A DNA stretch of 32,000 nt from Copranaerobaculum intestinale. Its GTDB lineage: Bacteria > Bacillota_I > Bacilli_A > Erysipelotrichales > Erysipelotrichaceae. The position numbers and the translations under genes are program-made. The stretch covers positions 1-32,000 of the forward strand of contig NZ_WUUQ01000003.1 in assembly GCF_009831105.1 (NCBI RefSeq), written 5' to 3'. A model generated the notes under the pieces. The model was not told the DNA's origin. It searched no databases and worked only from the letters and a program-made list of their open reading frames with translations. Shown piece by piece: positions 21,332 through 29,020 of this stretch (position 1 is the first letter of the stretch; each line of letters begins with the position of its first letter).

Positions 21332-22501
21332 ATGAAAAAATTATGGATTCTAATATGCTGTGCATTACTGGCGGGATGTTCGTCCGCAAATGCGCCGAAG
21401 GATGAGAAAAAAGAAACAAAAAAAACATCTGAGAATACAGTTGTATCCTTTGTCGGTGTTGGAGATAATCTAATTCACGACTCCATCTATAAAGAAGCGG
21501 ATAAACTGGATGGTGCCGATCAGGATGGACATTATGATTTTTCTGCCATGTATGAGAAAATCAAAAAGGATACCAAAAAGGCAGACTTAGCTTTTATCAA
21601 TCAGGAAACAATTTTAGGCGGTGATGATCTGGGATTATCCGGTTATCCGACCTTTAATACACCAAGTGATGTAGCCAACGGAGTTGTGGATGCGGGATTC
21701 GATATCGTAAATACCGCAACCAATCACTGTTTGGACAAATTTCAAACCGGTATCAATAACAGCTCTGCGACTTGGGCTAAATACAAAGGTGTGATTGCGG
21801 CGGGTACCTATACCTCTCAAAAGGATCGTGATACAGTCCGGGTTATCAAGCGTAAAGGGATTCGCTTTTCCTTTCTGGCTTATACATACGGAACCAATGG
21901 TGTAGCTCCTGAATATGATTACAGCGTTGCTTATTTCGATGATGAGCAGATACGCAAGGATGTGGCCGCGGCTAAAAAAGTCAGTGACGTCGTCATTGTA
22001 TCCGCTCACTGGGGTACGGAGAACATTCATGAAATCAATGATGAACAGAAGCACTATGCGCAATTGTTTGCCGATCTTGGGGTCGATGTTGTCATCGGTA
22101 CTCACCCGCATGTCATTCAGCCGGTGGAATGGGTAAACAGCACGGATGGCACGAGCAAGACCTTAGTTGTGTATTCGCTTGGCAATTTCTTAAGCGGAAT
22201 GCTGAGCGTAGACAATGTTGTTGGCGGCATGATTGGATTTGATTTTGTCAAAGATGCGAAAACGAAAAAGATTGCAGTGGAAAATGTAAAATGGACACCG
22301 ATCGTTACACATTTTGACGGCGACGGCAACCCTGACAATATCATGGAAAGCCGCCATAACTACAAAGTGTACAAGGTAAGTGATTACTCTGATGAATTGG
22401 CACAGCGTCACGCATTAAACGGCTATGAGGGGCAAACCTTCAGCATGGATGTCATTCATCAGATAACCAATGCTTCAATCGATGCGAAGTTCTTAAAGTA
22501 G
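21332..22501 (+). CDS. CapA-family (PGA_cap) metallophosphoesterase-fold lipoprotein
   Basis: 389 aa with lipobox LLAG-C. Motifs VGDNLIHD, NTATNH, VSAHWGTE and VIGTHPHVIQP are typical of the CapA/PgsA family. The start lies 2 nt after the upstream stop, suggesting translational coupling. Confidence 0.8.
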   Translation: MKKLWILICCALLAGCSSANAPKDEKKETKKTSENTVVSFVGVGDNLIHDSIYKEADKLDGADQDGHYDFSAMYEKIKKDTKKADLAFINQETILGGDDLGLSGYPTFNTPSDVANGVVDAGFDIVNTATNHCLDKFQTGINNSSATWAKYKGVIAAGTYTSQKDRDTVRVIKRKGIRFSFLAYTYGTNGVAPEYDYSVAYFDDEQIRKDVAAAKKVSDVVIVSAHWGTENIHEINDEQKHYAQLFADLGVDVVIGTHPHVIQPVEWVNSTDGTSKTLVVYSLGNFLSGMLSVDNVVGGMIGFDFVKDAKTKKIAVENVKWTPIVTHFDGDGNPDNIMESRHNYKVYKVSDYSDELAQRHALNGYEGQTFSMDVIHQITNASIDAKFLK

Positions 22502-22508
22502 GTGACAT

Positions 22509-23090
22509 ATGGACATAATAAAACAGATGGAGATATATGCGAAGGAGAATCAGGTGCCGATTATGCAGGAGGAAGGCTTAGCTTTTCTGTTGGCCTATAT
22601 TCAGGAACATCCGGTAACACGTATTTTAGAAATCGGTTCTGCTATCGGTTATTCAGCCATTCGCATGGCCATGGTAAGAGAAAATATCAAGGTAGTCAGT
22701 GTAGAACGAGATGAAGAACGGTATCAGCAGGCATTAGAAAATCGTAAAAAAGCAGGGCTGGATCAGCGGATCACATTTCATTTGGCCGACGCGCTGGAGT
22801 GGACCCCGGAAGGTATGTTCGATTTCATTTTTATTGATGCTGCTAAAGCTCAGTATATTCGCTTCTTTGAAAAATATAAACAGTATTTGAATCCATCGGG
22901 AGCGATCCTGACTGACAATCTGGGATTTCATGGTCTGGTTGACAGCCAAGCGGAAATTGCATCGCGAAATCTGCGAAGGTTGGTCAGAAAAATTCGTGAA
23001 TACCGTTCGTTTTTAGAAGTGAATGAAGAGTTCACAACGATTTTTTATGAGTTTGGAGATGGGATAGCTCTCAGCACCCGCAAAAAGTAG
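22509..23090 (+). CDS. Class I SAM-dependent O-methyltransferase, family 3 (YrrM/TrmR-like)
   Basis: 193 aa, ...VPIMQEEGLAFL...ILEIGSAIGYSAIRMA...FIDAAKAQY... This matches the SAM motif I and architecture of the caffeoyl-CoA-OMT / B. subtilis YrrM family. Confidence 0.8.
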   Translation: MDIIKQMEIYAKENQVPIMQEEGLAFLLAYIQEHPVTRILEIGSAIGYSAIRMAMVRENIKVVSVERDEERYQQALENRKKAGLDQRITFHLADALEWTPEGMFDFIFIDAAKAQYIRFFEKYKQYLNPSGAILTDNLGFHGLVDSQAEIASRNLRRLVRKIREYRSFLEVNEEFTTIFYEFGDGIALSTRKK

Positions 23091-23117
23091 CTTCCCTGTG
23101 TTAAGAATCATAAAATA

Positions 23118-23126
23118 TGATACAAT
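23118..23126 (+). promoter_or_regulatory. Extended -10 promoter for the 23152 gene
   Basis: TGaTACAAT (TG at 23118-23119, TACAAT at 23121-23126), 26 nt upstream of the ATG. Confidence 0.4.
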
Positions 23127-23151
23127 AGTAAAAAGAAAGTGGTGATGTAAC

Positions 23152-23736
23152 ATGAAAAAGACAATTCCATTATTAGCAGTACTGGGAAGTGCAGCAGCCT
23201 TTGCTGTTTATAAGCTGAAGCAGGAAGAAAAAAAGAAAATCATGGCTCTCGATCAGGATTTACTAGTGGATGAAACTTCCGCAGATGAAGAAGCGTGTGA
23301 AGCCTGTGATTGTGATGAAGAAGATGAAGAAGCAGATGCGTCGAAGCCCAAAGAAATAAAAGTGGAGACTGGAGAAAAACCGGTCTATTCACATTCGGAA
23401 TATCCAAACGTGAGTGATGAAGAATACGATGATATCTCACACATGAATGAAGAAGCCATCGGAAAGCTTCATGAACAGGGTGATGTAAACGAAAATGAAC
23501 GTCCGATTCAGCATACCGTGACGTTCAAAAATCAAGAAGATATGGAAAACTTTAAAAATAAAGTTGTCAACAAAGGTTTCGTTGTAACAAAGGGTGTATC
23601 TGACTTTGAATTGACGGTTCTGCATATTTCATCCATTGATTCGATCAAGCTTATGGAAAATGTGCTGTTTATTGCCGATCAAGCATATGCAAATCATGGC
23701 AGCTATAAAGGTTGGCAGAGTAAAATAAGCTATTAA
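23152..23736 (+). CDS. Membrane-anchored acidic protein with a C-terminal RraB-like (regulator of ribonuclease activity B family) domain
   Basis: 194 aa. N-terminal TM helix IPLLAVLGSAAAFAVY. Acidic linker containing CEACDCDEEDEE. The C-terminal ~78 aa (PIQHTVTF...GFVV...LHIS...IADQAYANHGSYKGWQS) follow the RraB pattern I.H.l.f...GF.V...l...A..f...YDGW. Confidence 0.5.
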   Translation: MKKTIPLLAVLGSAAAFAVYKLKQEEKKKIMALDQDLLVDETSADEEACEACDCDEEDEEADASKPKEIKVETGEKPVYSHSEYPNVSDEEYDDISHMNEEAIGKLHEQGDVNENERPIQHTVTFKNQEDMENFKNKVVNKGFVVTKGVSDFELTVLHISSIDSIKLMENVLFIADQAYANHGSYKGWQSKISY

Positions 23737-23747
23737 AAAAGTAATTT

Positions 23748-23818
23748 AAAAAAAGTAGATTACCAGTGACTCTGAAAATTTATTTGAGGAGCACATTTCT
23801 ATAAATCTACTTTTTTTA
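23748..23818. terminator. Possible bidirectional terminator between convergent genes
   Basis: aaaaaaagtagatt (23748-23761) pairs with aatctacttttttt (23804-23817), with A/T runs on both sides. The 42-nt loop is unusually long. Confidence 0.35.
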
Positions 23819-23838
23819 TATCCTGTAAGAAAAGAATA

Positions 23839-24258
23839 CTATTGAATTGTGAAGGTCTCTGATTTTAGGTTCTGATAATAGCGGCCTTCCACTGCGATAA
23901 ACCGCAGAACACAATAATCCGGATCATCCACCCCCAGCGGATAATACAGAATATCTTTATCATGCCAAATTTCTTGCTTGAGCAGGGGGTCATGCAGCAC
24001 CTCTACCGTTCCTTTCAGCATCACACCCCGATAAAAACGACGGTCACAAAAATACAGGCACGCCTTGGGATTTTTCTGATATTGGCCGACCCGCATCGAT
24101 GAGGTATTAGTCGTCATGTAAAATGTGCGGATGCCATCACGCTTACGCGGAGCGAACATCGCTTTGGTATTCGGATATCCTGCTTCATCTACAGAGCTTA
24201 CATAACAAATCGATTGCTTATCAATCAGGTTACCGATGGTTTTAACTGCATCTCTCAT
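23839..24258 (-). CDS. Pyridoxamine 5'-phosphate oxidase family (FMN-binding split-barrel) protein
   Basis: 139 aa. ...ICYVSSVDEAGYPNTKAMF...TFYMTTNTSSMRVGQYQKNPKACLYF...KGTVEVLHD... is typical of the PNPOx-like / general stress protein 26 family. Confidence 0.75.
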   Translation of the reverse strand: MRDAVKTIGNLIDKQSICYVSSVDEAGYPNTKAMFAPRKRDGIRTFYMTTNTSSMRVGQYQKNPKACLYFCDRRFYRGVMLKGTVEVLHDPLLKQEIWHDKDILYYPLGVDDPDYCVLRFIAVEGRYYQNLKSETFTIQ

Positions 24259-24325
24259 GTAATCACTCCTTTTCTTTAATTATAACAGTAATTGTATGCA
24301 GTAGGTATTATTACCCGGGAAAACA

Positions 24326-24353
24326 TTGTATTAATTCCATAAATCAATATAAT
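24326..24353 (+). promoter_or_regulatory. Candidate promoter for the 24379 gene
   Basis: TTGTAT (24326-24331), 16-nt spacer, TATAAT (24348-24353). A perfect 7-bp inverted repeat attccat/atggaat (24334-24358) overlaps it. Confidence 0.4.
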
Positions 24354-24378
24354 GGAATGGTAGGGATAGGAGGATAAC

Positions 24379-25701
24379 ATGCTAAAACAAAGATTAAATA
24401 TTGCGACGTCATTGTTGTCCGGCCTGTTTTTCTGTATTATGGGAATCTGCTTCATGACCAATAAGCTTGAAATCTGGAACTGGCTCTACATAATGCTGGT
24501 TTGCGGTTTGCTTGGTATGATTGCAATTCGCTTTTTTAATATTATCGTGAATTATCATAAGGTGCATCACCGCATCCTGCAATTTTTGGATGTGATTGTA
24601 TGGATCATTCTTTCGTGCTTTTCTCTGGCAGAGCCGAATTTATTTTATTCGCTGTTTCCCCGTATCATCGGAGCGTGGATTTTGCTTCATGCGATTGTTA
24701 AGGGAATTGTATTTACGGTAAAATGCCGTGATCATCTTCCAGGGAAGATGAATTCTTTTTTCTTTTTGGTTGTTGATCTTATCATGTCGTTTATCCTATT
24801 GTTCAAACCAACTCAGTATTATGAATTGATCTCTTACGGCATCGGTATTTATTTTTTGATTTACGGCGGGAAAAATCTTTTAGAATTTATACAGGATCTG
24901 CTGCCAGATGATTTCGGCAGTTCCCTCGGCAAAAAAATACAGCTGGCAATACCTCCTTGGATGGCAGCCATTGTCCCGGTTTGGCTGCTGCGGATGATTT
25001 TGAACAAGAGTGAGGATGACATTGCAAAGGAAGAATTCGATACCGTCAAAGCCGACATTCCGGTCGATTTGGAAATCATGATGCATCTGGCACCCGGAGG
25101 ACCAGCAATGTTTGGACATATTGATTTAGTGTATCATGGAACCGTCATCTCCTATGGCTGTTACGATCCTCACGAACGCAGACTCTTTGGAACACTTGGC
25201 GATGGTGTTGTAATTGTCGCTCCGCGCGATGAATATCTAAGCAACTGTTTGGAAAATGAAAACAAAACACTGATTGTGTTCGGTATCGTATTAAACAGTA
25301 ATCAGAAGCAGATCATAAATAATCGAGTGCTGGAGGTTTTTGGGAAATTTGTAGACTTTCAAAGTGATGAAGAACGCGATCAACAGGGACTGCCAATACT
25401 CGGGATCAAGGATGATTATATATCGCGGGTTACCCGCCGTGTACATAACGCGCATTTTTATAAAATCAATCAGGGAATTTTTAAGACTTTCTTTGTCTTA
25501 TATACAAACTGTGTATCCTTTACCCTGCAAATTGTTCGGACAATTGGACTCGATCTGTTTGACATCAGCGGTATCGTTTCACCGGGAAGCTATTATGACT
25601 TTTTAAATCATGAGTTTATGCGGGATAAGAGCTTTGTGATTTCCCGTAAGGTTTATACAAAAAGGGATTTACCAGACCTGAAATCCCATATCGGACAGTA
25701 A
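24379..25701 (+). CDS. Uncharacterised polytopic membrane protein with a soluble C-terminal domain carrying His...Cys motifs like a permuted papain fold
   Basis: 440 aa. RBS AGGAGGA lies upstream. About 7 hydrophobic helices fall in residues 10-208 (DUF308/HdeD-like appearance). The C-terminal ~225 aa contain GHIDLVYHGTVISYG (His247) and FFVLYTNCVSF (Cys378). Confidence 0.6.
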   Translation: MLKQRLNIATSLLSGLFFCIMGICFMTNKLEIWNWLYIMLVCGLLGMIAIRFFNIIVNYHKVHHRILQFLDVIVWIILSCFSLAEPNLFYSLFPRIIGAWILLHAIVKGIVFTVKCRDHLPGKMNSFFFLVVDLIMSFILLFKPTQYYELISYGIGIYFLIYGGKNLLEFIQDLLPDDFGSSLGKKIQLAIPPWMAAIVPVWLLRMILNKSEDDIAKEEFDTVKADIPVDLEIMMHLAPGGPAMFGHIDLVYHGTVISYGCYDPHERRLFGTLGDGVVIVAPRDEYLSNCLENENKTLIVFGIVLNSNQKQIINNRVLEVFGKFVDFQSDEERDQQGLPILGIKDDYISRVTRRVHNAHFYKINQGIFKTFFVLYTNCVSFTLQIVRTIGLDLFDISGIVSPGSYYDFLNHEFMRDKSFVISRKVYTKRDLPDLKSHIGQ

Positions 25702-25702
25702 G

Positions 25703-25733
25703 CGGTTTTGATTTGTCATCAAAACCGTTTCGT
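25703..25733 (+). terminator. Hairpin after the 24379 gene, a weak terminator
   Basis: 10-bp stem cggttttgat (25703-25712) / atcaaaaccg (25718-25727), loop ttgtc, followed by tttcgtt (interrupted T tract). Confidence 0.4.
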
Positions 25734-25741
25734 TGTATAAT
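25713..25741 (+). promoter_or_regulatory. ecf operon promoter
   Basis: TTGTCA (25713-25718), 17-nt spacer, TATAAT (25736-25741). The -35 lies in the loop of the upstream hairpin. Confidence 0.5.
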
Positions 25742-25763
25742 GGTAAAGCTTTGAGGTGATGAA

Positions 25764-26591
25764 ATGGCGAAAATACAGGTATGTGATATCAGCTTTTCCT
25801 ACGATAAAGAAACCAATGCGGTAGAGCACGTTTCTTTTCAGATCGAAGCAGGAAGCTATACTACGATCATTGGTCATAACGGCAGTGGAAAATCAACGAT
25901 AGCGAAGCTGCTGATCGATCTATTAGAAAAAGACAGCGGGTCGATTATCGTAGACGGTATGGAATTGAATGATGAAAATATCTACACGATTCGTGATAAA
26001 ATCGGGATTGTATTTCAAAATCCCGATAATCAGTTTATCGGTGCCACAGTGGCAGATGATATTGCTTTTGGTCTGGAGAATCATCAGGTGGCCAGCGAAG
26101 CCATGGAACAAATCATTCAAACGTATGCAAAACGGGTCAACATGAGTCGCTATTTGCTGAGTGAACCGACCCATCTGTCCGGTGGGCAAAAGCAGCGAGT
26201 CGCAATAGCCGGTGTGCTGGCGATGGCTCCGCAGATTATGATATTTGATGAGGCTACCAGTATGCTGGATCCGCAGGGGAAAGCTGAAATTAATGAAATG
26301 ATTCAGTCTATTCACCGAGAAACTGGAATGACCATTATCTCCATCACCCATGATATTGAAGAAGTGAGCCACAGTGACCATGTGATCGTTATGGATCAAG
26401 GCCACATCGTTATGGATGGAAAGCCGGAGGACATATTATTGAGAGAAAAAGAGCTGGTTGCTTTAAAACTGGATATACCCTTTGCCCTCAAATTCACAAA
26501 GGGTCTGCAAAGGAAAGGAATTTCCTGCAGACTGTGTACAACTATGGAAGGAGCTGTGGAGGAAGTATGCCGATTACATTCAAAGAACTAA
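25764..26591 (+). CDS. ecfA1: Energy-coupling factor transporter ATPase EcfA1
   Basis: 275 aa. Walker A GHNGSGKST, signature LSGGQKQR, Walker B IMIFDE, Q-helix region. Conserved position before ecfA2-ecfT. Confidence 0.93.
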   Translation: MAKIQVCDISFSYDKETNAVEHVSFQIEAGSYTTIIGHNGSGKSTIAKLLIDLLEKDSGSIIVDGMELNDENIYTIRDKIGIVFQNPDNQFIGATVADDIAFGLENHQVASEAMEQIIQTYAKRVNMSRYLLSEPTHLSGGQKQRVAIAGVLAMAPQIMIFDEATSMLDPQGKAEINEMIQSIHRETGMTIISITHDIEEVSHSDHVIVMDQGHIVMDGKPEDILLREKELVALKLDIPFALKFTKGLQRKGISCRLCTTMEGAVEEVCRLHSKN

Positions 26592-27427
26592 GCCATGAAT
26601 ACAATCTCGGCACTCCCTTTGCATATTTGGCGCTGGATCATGTATCACTCGCGATTCCAGAAGGGAAGGTTACCGCGATTATCGGTGAGACTGGTTCTGG
26701 AAAAACTACCCTGGTTCAGCATCTGAATGCACTGCTTCTGCCAACTGGCGGTGAGCTGGAAGTGGCGGGGCGTACCATCTCCAGCAATGAAAAGCCAAAG
26801 CATTTAAAAGCACTTCGCAAGGATGTAGGACTTGTCTTTCAGTTTCCCGAATACCAGCTGTTTGAAGAAACGATCATTAAGGATGTCTGTTTCGGGCCCA
26901 AGAATTTCGGAGTAGATGAGGAAACGGCTGTTCAACTTGCCGAAAAATATTTGCGTATCGTTGGTATTGATGAAAGTGATTTTCACAAGTCACCGTTTGA
27001 TCTGTCAGGTGGACAGAAGCGCCGCGTTGCGATAGCCGGAATTTTGGCTATGGATCCGCAGGTTCTGGTATTAGATGAGCCAACGGCCGGCTTAGATCCA
27101 CAGGGTGCCAAAGAAATGATGCAGTTGTTTAGTCGGCTGAACAAGGAATATGGAAAGACGGTTTTGATCGTTACGCATGACATGGAACATGTTTTGCATT
27201 ATTGTGATGAAGTGATCGTAGTAGCTGACGGACATATCCGTGAACAATGCGAGGTTCACGAGTTTTTCCGCAGTGTGGAATTGCTGAAGGAATTGAAAAT
27301 AAACCCACCTGCGGTTATCCGGCTGCGAGAGGAGCTGCGGGAAAAAGGATTTCAGATACCGGATGATATGATAGATGTTGAACAACTCATTGATGCGGTA
27401 GCGAGTGAGGTGAAGGGGCATGAATAA
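26567..27427 (+). CDS. ecfA2: Energy-coupling factor transporter ATPase EcfA2
   Basis: MPITFKELSHEY... with ATG at 26567 (GGAGG upstream). GETGSGKTT, LSGGQKRR, LVLDEP. It overlaps the ecfA1 end by 25 nt. Confidence 0.93.
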   Translation: MPITFKELSHEYNLGTPFAYLALDHVSLAIPEGKVTAIIGETGSGKTTLVQHLNALLLPTGGELEVAGRTISSNEKPKHLKALRKDVGLVFQFPEYQLFEETIIKDVCFGPKNFGVDEETAVQLAEKYLRIVGIDESDFHKSPFDLSGGQKRRVAIAGILAMDPQVLVLDEPTAGLDPQGAKEMMQLFSRLNKEYGKTVLIVTHDMEHVLHYCDEVIVVADGHIREQCEVHEFFRSVELLKELKINPPAVIRLREELREKGFQIPDDMIDVEQLIDAVASEVKGHE

Positions 27428-28223
27428 TTTTGCTTTAGGAAAATACATGCCGCTTGATTCGATTATTCATCGTATGGATCCCCGAGCGAAAATCGGAGCG
27501 ATGCTGCTGCTTATGGTGGCGATCTTTATTCCTGCCGGATATATCGGCTATGCAGTTATTGCGGTCTTGATTATTACAGCTGTATTCTTGTCAAAGCTGA
27601 GATTGAATTTTATCTGGCGTTCGGTAAAACCGATGATGTTTATGCTGTTGTTTTTGTGGATCATCAACGTACTGGTGCTGCGCACCGGTTATGTGATGTT
27701 TACGGTATTCGGATTCAAGGTGTATTCCGATGCGATCTTTCAAACCTTATTTATCATTATTCGGCTGCTGCTGATGATCATCGTGACAACGATTTTGACC
27801 GCGACGACGAAGCCTTTGGAGCTTACTCTGGGCATTGAGGATCTGTTGACACCCTTTAAGGTGATTCATGTACCGGCACACGAGATTGCGATGATGATAT
27901 CCATTGCCCTGCGTTTTATTCCTACCTTGATTGAAGAAACAAATCGGATCATCAAGGCACAGACCTCGCGCGGGGTTGATCTTGATGAAGGGACATTAAA
28001 GGAGAAATTGATGGCAATTCTGGCATTGATTGTTCCGTTATTTGTCTCTGCATTTCAAAGAGCGGAAGAATTAGCAAATGCAATGGAGGCTCGCGGGTAT
28101 ATACCAAATCGTCCCCGTACTCGCTATAAACAGTTGGAAATGACCTTTAAAGATTATGTGCTGCTGCTTCTGTCAACATTGATTCTGATCTTGAATATCT
28201 GTATCTGGAAAGGATTTATCTGA
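27420..28223 (+). CDS. ecfT: Energy-coupling factor transporter transmembrane subunit EcfT
   Basis: 267 aa hydrophobic protein, ...HRMDPRAKI... plus the conserved ...AQTSRG... and ...A.E.ANAMEARGY coupling helices. Confidence 0.92.
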   Translation: MNNFALGKYMPLDSIIHRMDPRAKIGAMLLLMVAIFIPAGYIGYAVIAVLIITAVFLSKLRLNFIWRSVKPMMFMLLFLWIINVLVLRTGYVMFTVFGFKVYSDAIFQTLFIIIRLLLMIIVTTILTATTKPLELTLGIEDLLTPFKVIHVPAHEIAMMISIALRFIPTLIEETNRIIKAQTSRGVDLDEGTLKEKLMAILALIVPLFVSAFQRAEELANAMEARGYIPNRPRTRYKQLEMTFKDYVLLLLSTLILILNICIWKGFI

Positions 28224-29020
28224 TGCGTTATAAAGCAACAGTCAGCTATGACGGAAGCTTGTATAGCGGTTGGCAGTCACAAATAAACGCGCATGGTATT
28301 CAAGAAGAAATTGAAAAAGCACTTGCGGTAATGCATCAGCGTCCGGTTGAAATAACGGCAGCCGGGCGTACTGACAGCGGTGTACACGCAGTCGGACAAG
28401 TGTTTCACTTCGACAGTGATTTGCAGTTGAATTCCGATCATTTCACCCGTGCCTTGAATAGTTTACTGCCGATCACCATCCGCATGCAGGAAGTCATTGC
28501 AGTATCAGAAACCTTTCACGCCCGCTTTGACTGCATCGGCAAACGATATGATTATTTCATAACGAATCGTAAAAACGATCCTTTTATCCAGAAGCGGATG
28601 AAAATTGATACGGCAAAGCTGGATGTTGCTTATATGCGATCCTGTGCAACTGTTTTTATCGGTACACATGATTTTACCTCTTTCACGAGCAGCCGGATCG
28701 ATCCTCGCAAACCGCGGATCAAAACCGTTACATCCATTCAGATCCTTGAGGAAGATGGTTATCTGCGAATTATTTTTGAAGGAAAGGCATTCCTTCGTTA
28801 TATGGTGAGAATGATGGCACAAACGTTGATCGAAGCCGGAAAGCACCATCTAAGTAAAGAACAGATTCAGCAAATGCTGGACGCAAAGGATAAGCATGCC
28901 TGTCGCTATAAAGCAGAAGCGTGCGGATTATATTTAATGGAAGTGAGATATGGAGGGGATACAAGTGAAAGCGAATTATCATACACATACCCGCCGCTGC
29001 ATGCATGCAGTAGGCAGTGA
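28223..29020 (+). CDS. truA: tRNA pseudouridine(38-40) synthase TruA
   Basis: 265 aa, MRYKATVSYDGSLYSGWQ.Q...AGRTDSGVHA (catalytic Asp motif). An ATGA overlap couples it to the ecfT stop. A tail of about 24 aa runs beyond GLYLMEVRY. Confidence 0.95.
   Translation: MRYKATVSYDGSLYSGWQSQINAHGIQEEIEKALAVMHQRPVEITAAGRTDSGVHAVGQVFHFDSDLQLNSDHFTRALNSLLPITIRMQEVIAVSETFHARFDCIGKRYDYFITNRKNDPFIQKRMKIDTAKLDVAYMRSCATVFIGTHDFTSFTSSRIDPRKPRIKTVTSIQILEEDGYLRIIFEGKAFLRYMVRMMAQTLIEAGKHHLSKEQIQQMLDAKDKHACRYKAEACGLYLMEVRYGGDTSESELSYTYPPLHACSRQ

Noticed and set aside
22502-22714. 70-aa + strand ORF overlapping the O-methyltransferase start in another frame
   Set aside because: The methyltransferase frame has clear family motifs. 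The alternative frame is Gly/Arg/Ser-rich nonsense with a GTG start immediately at the CapA stop.
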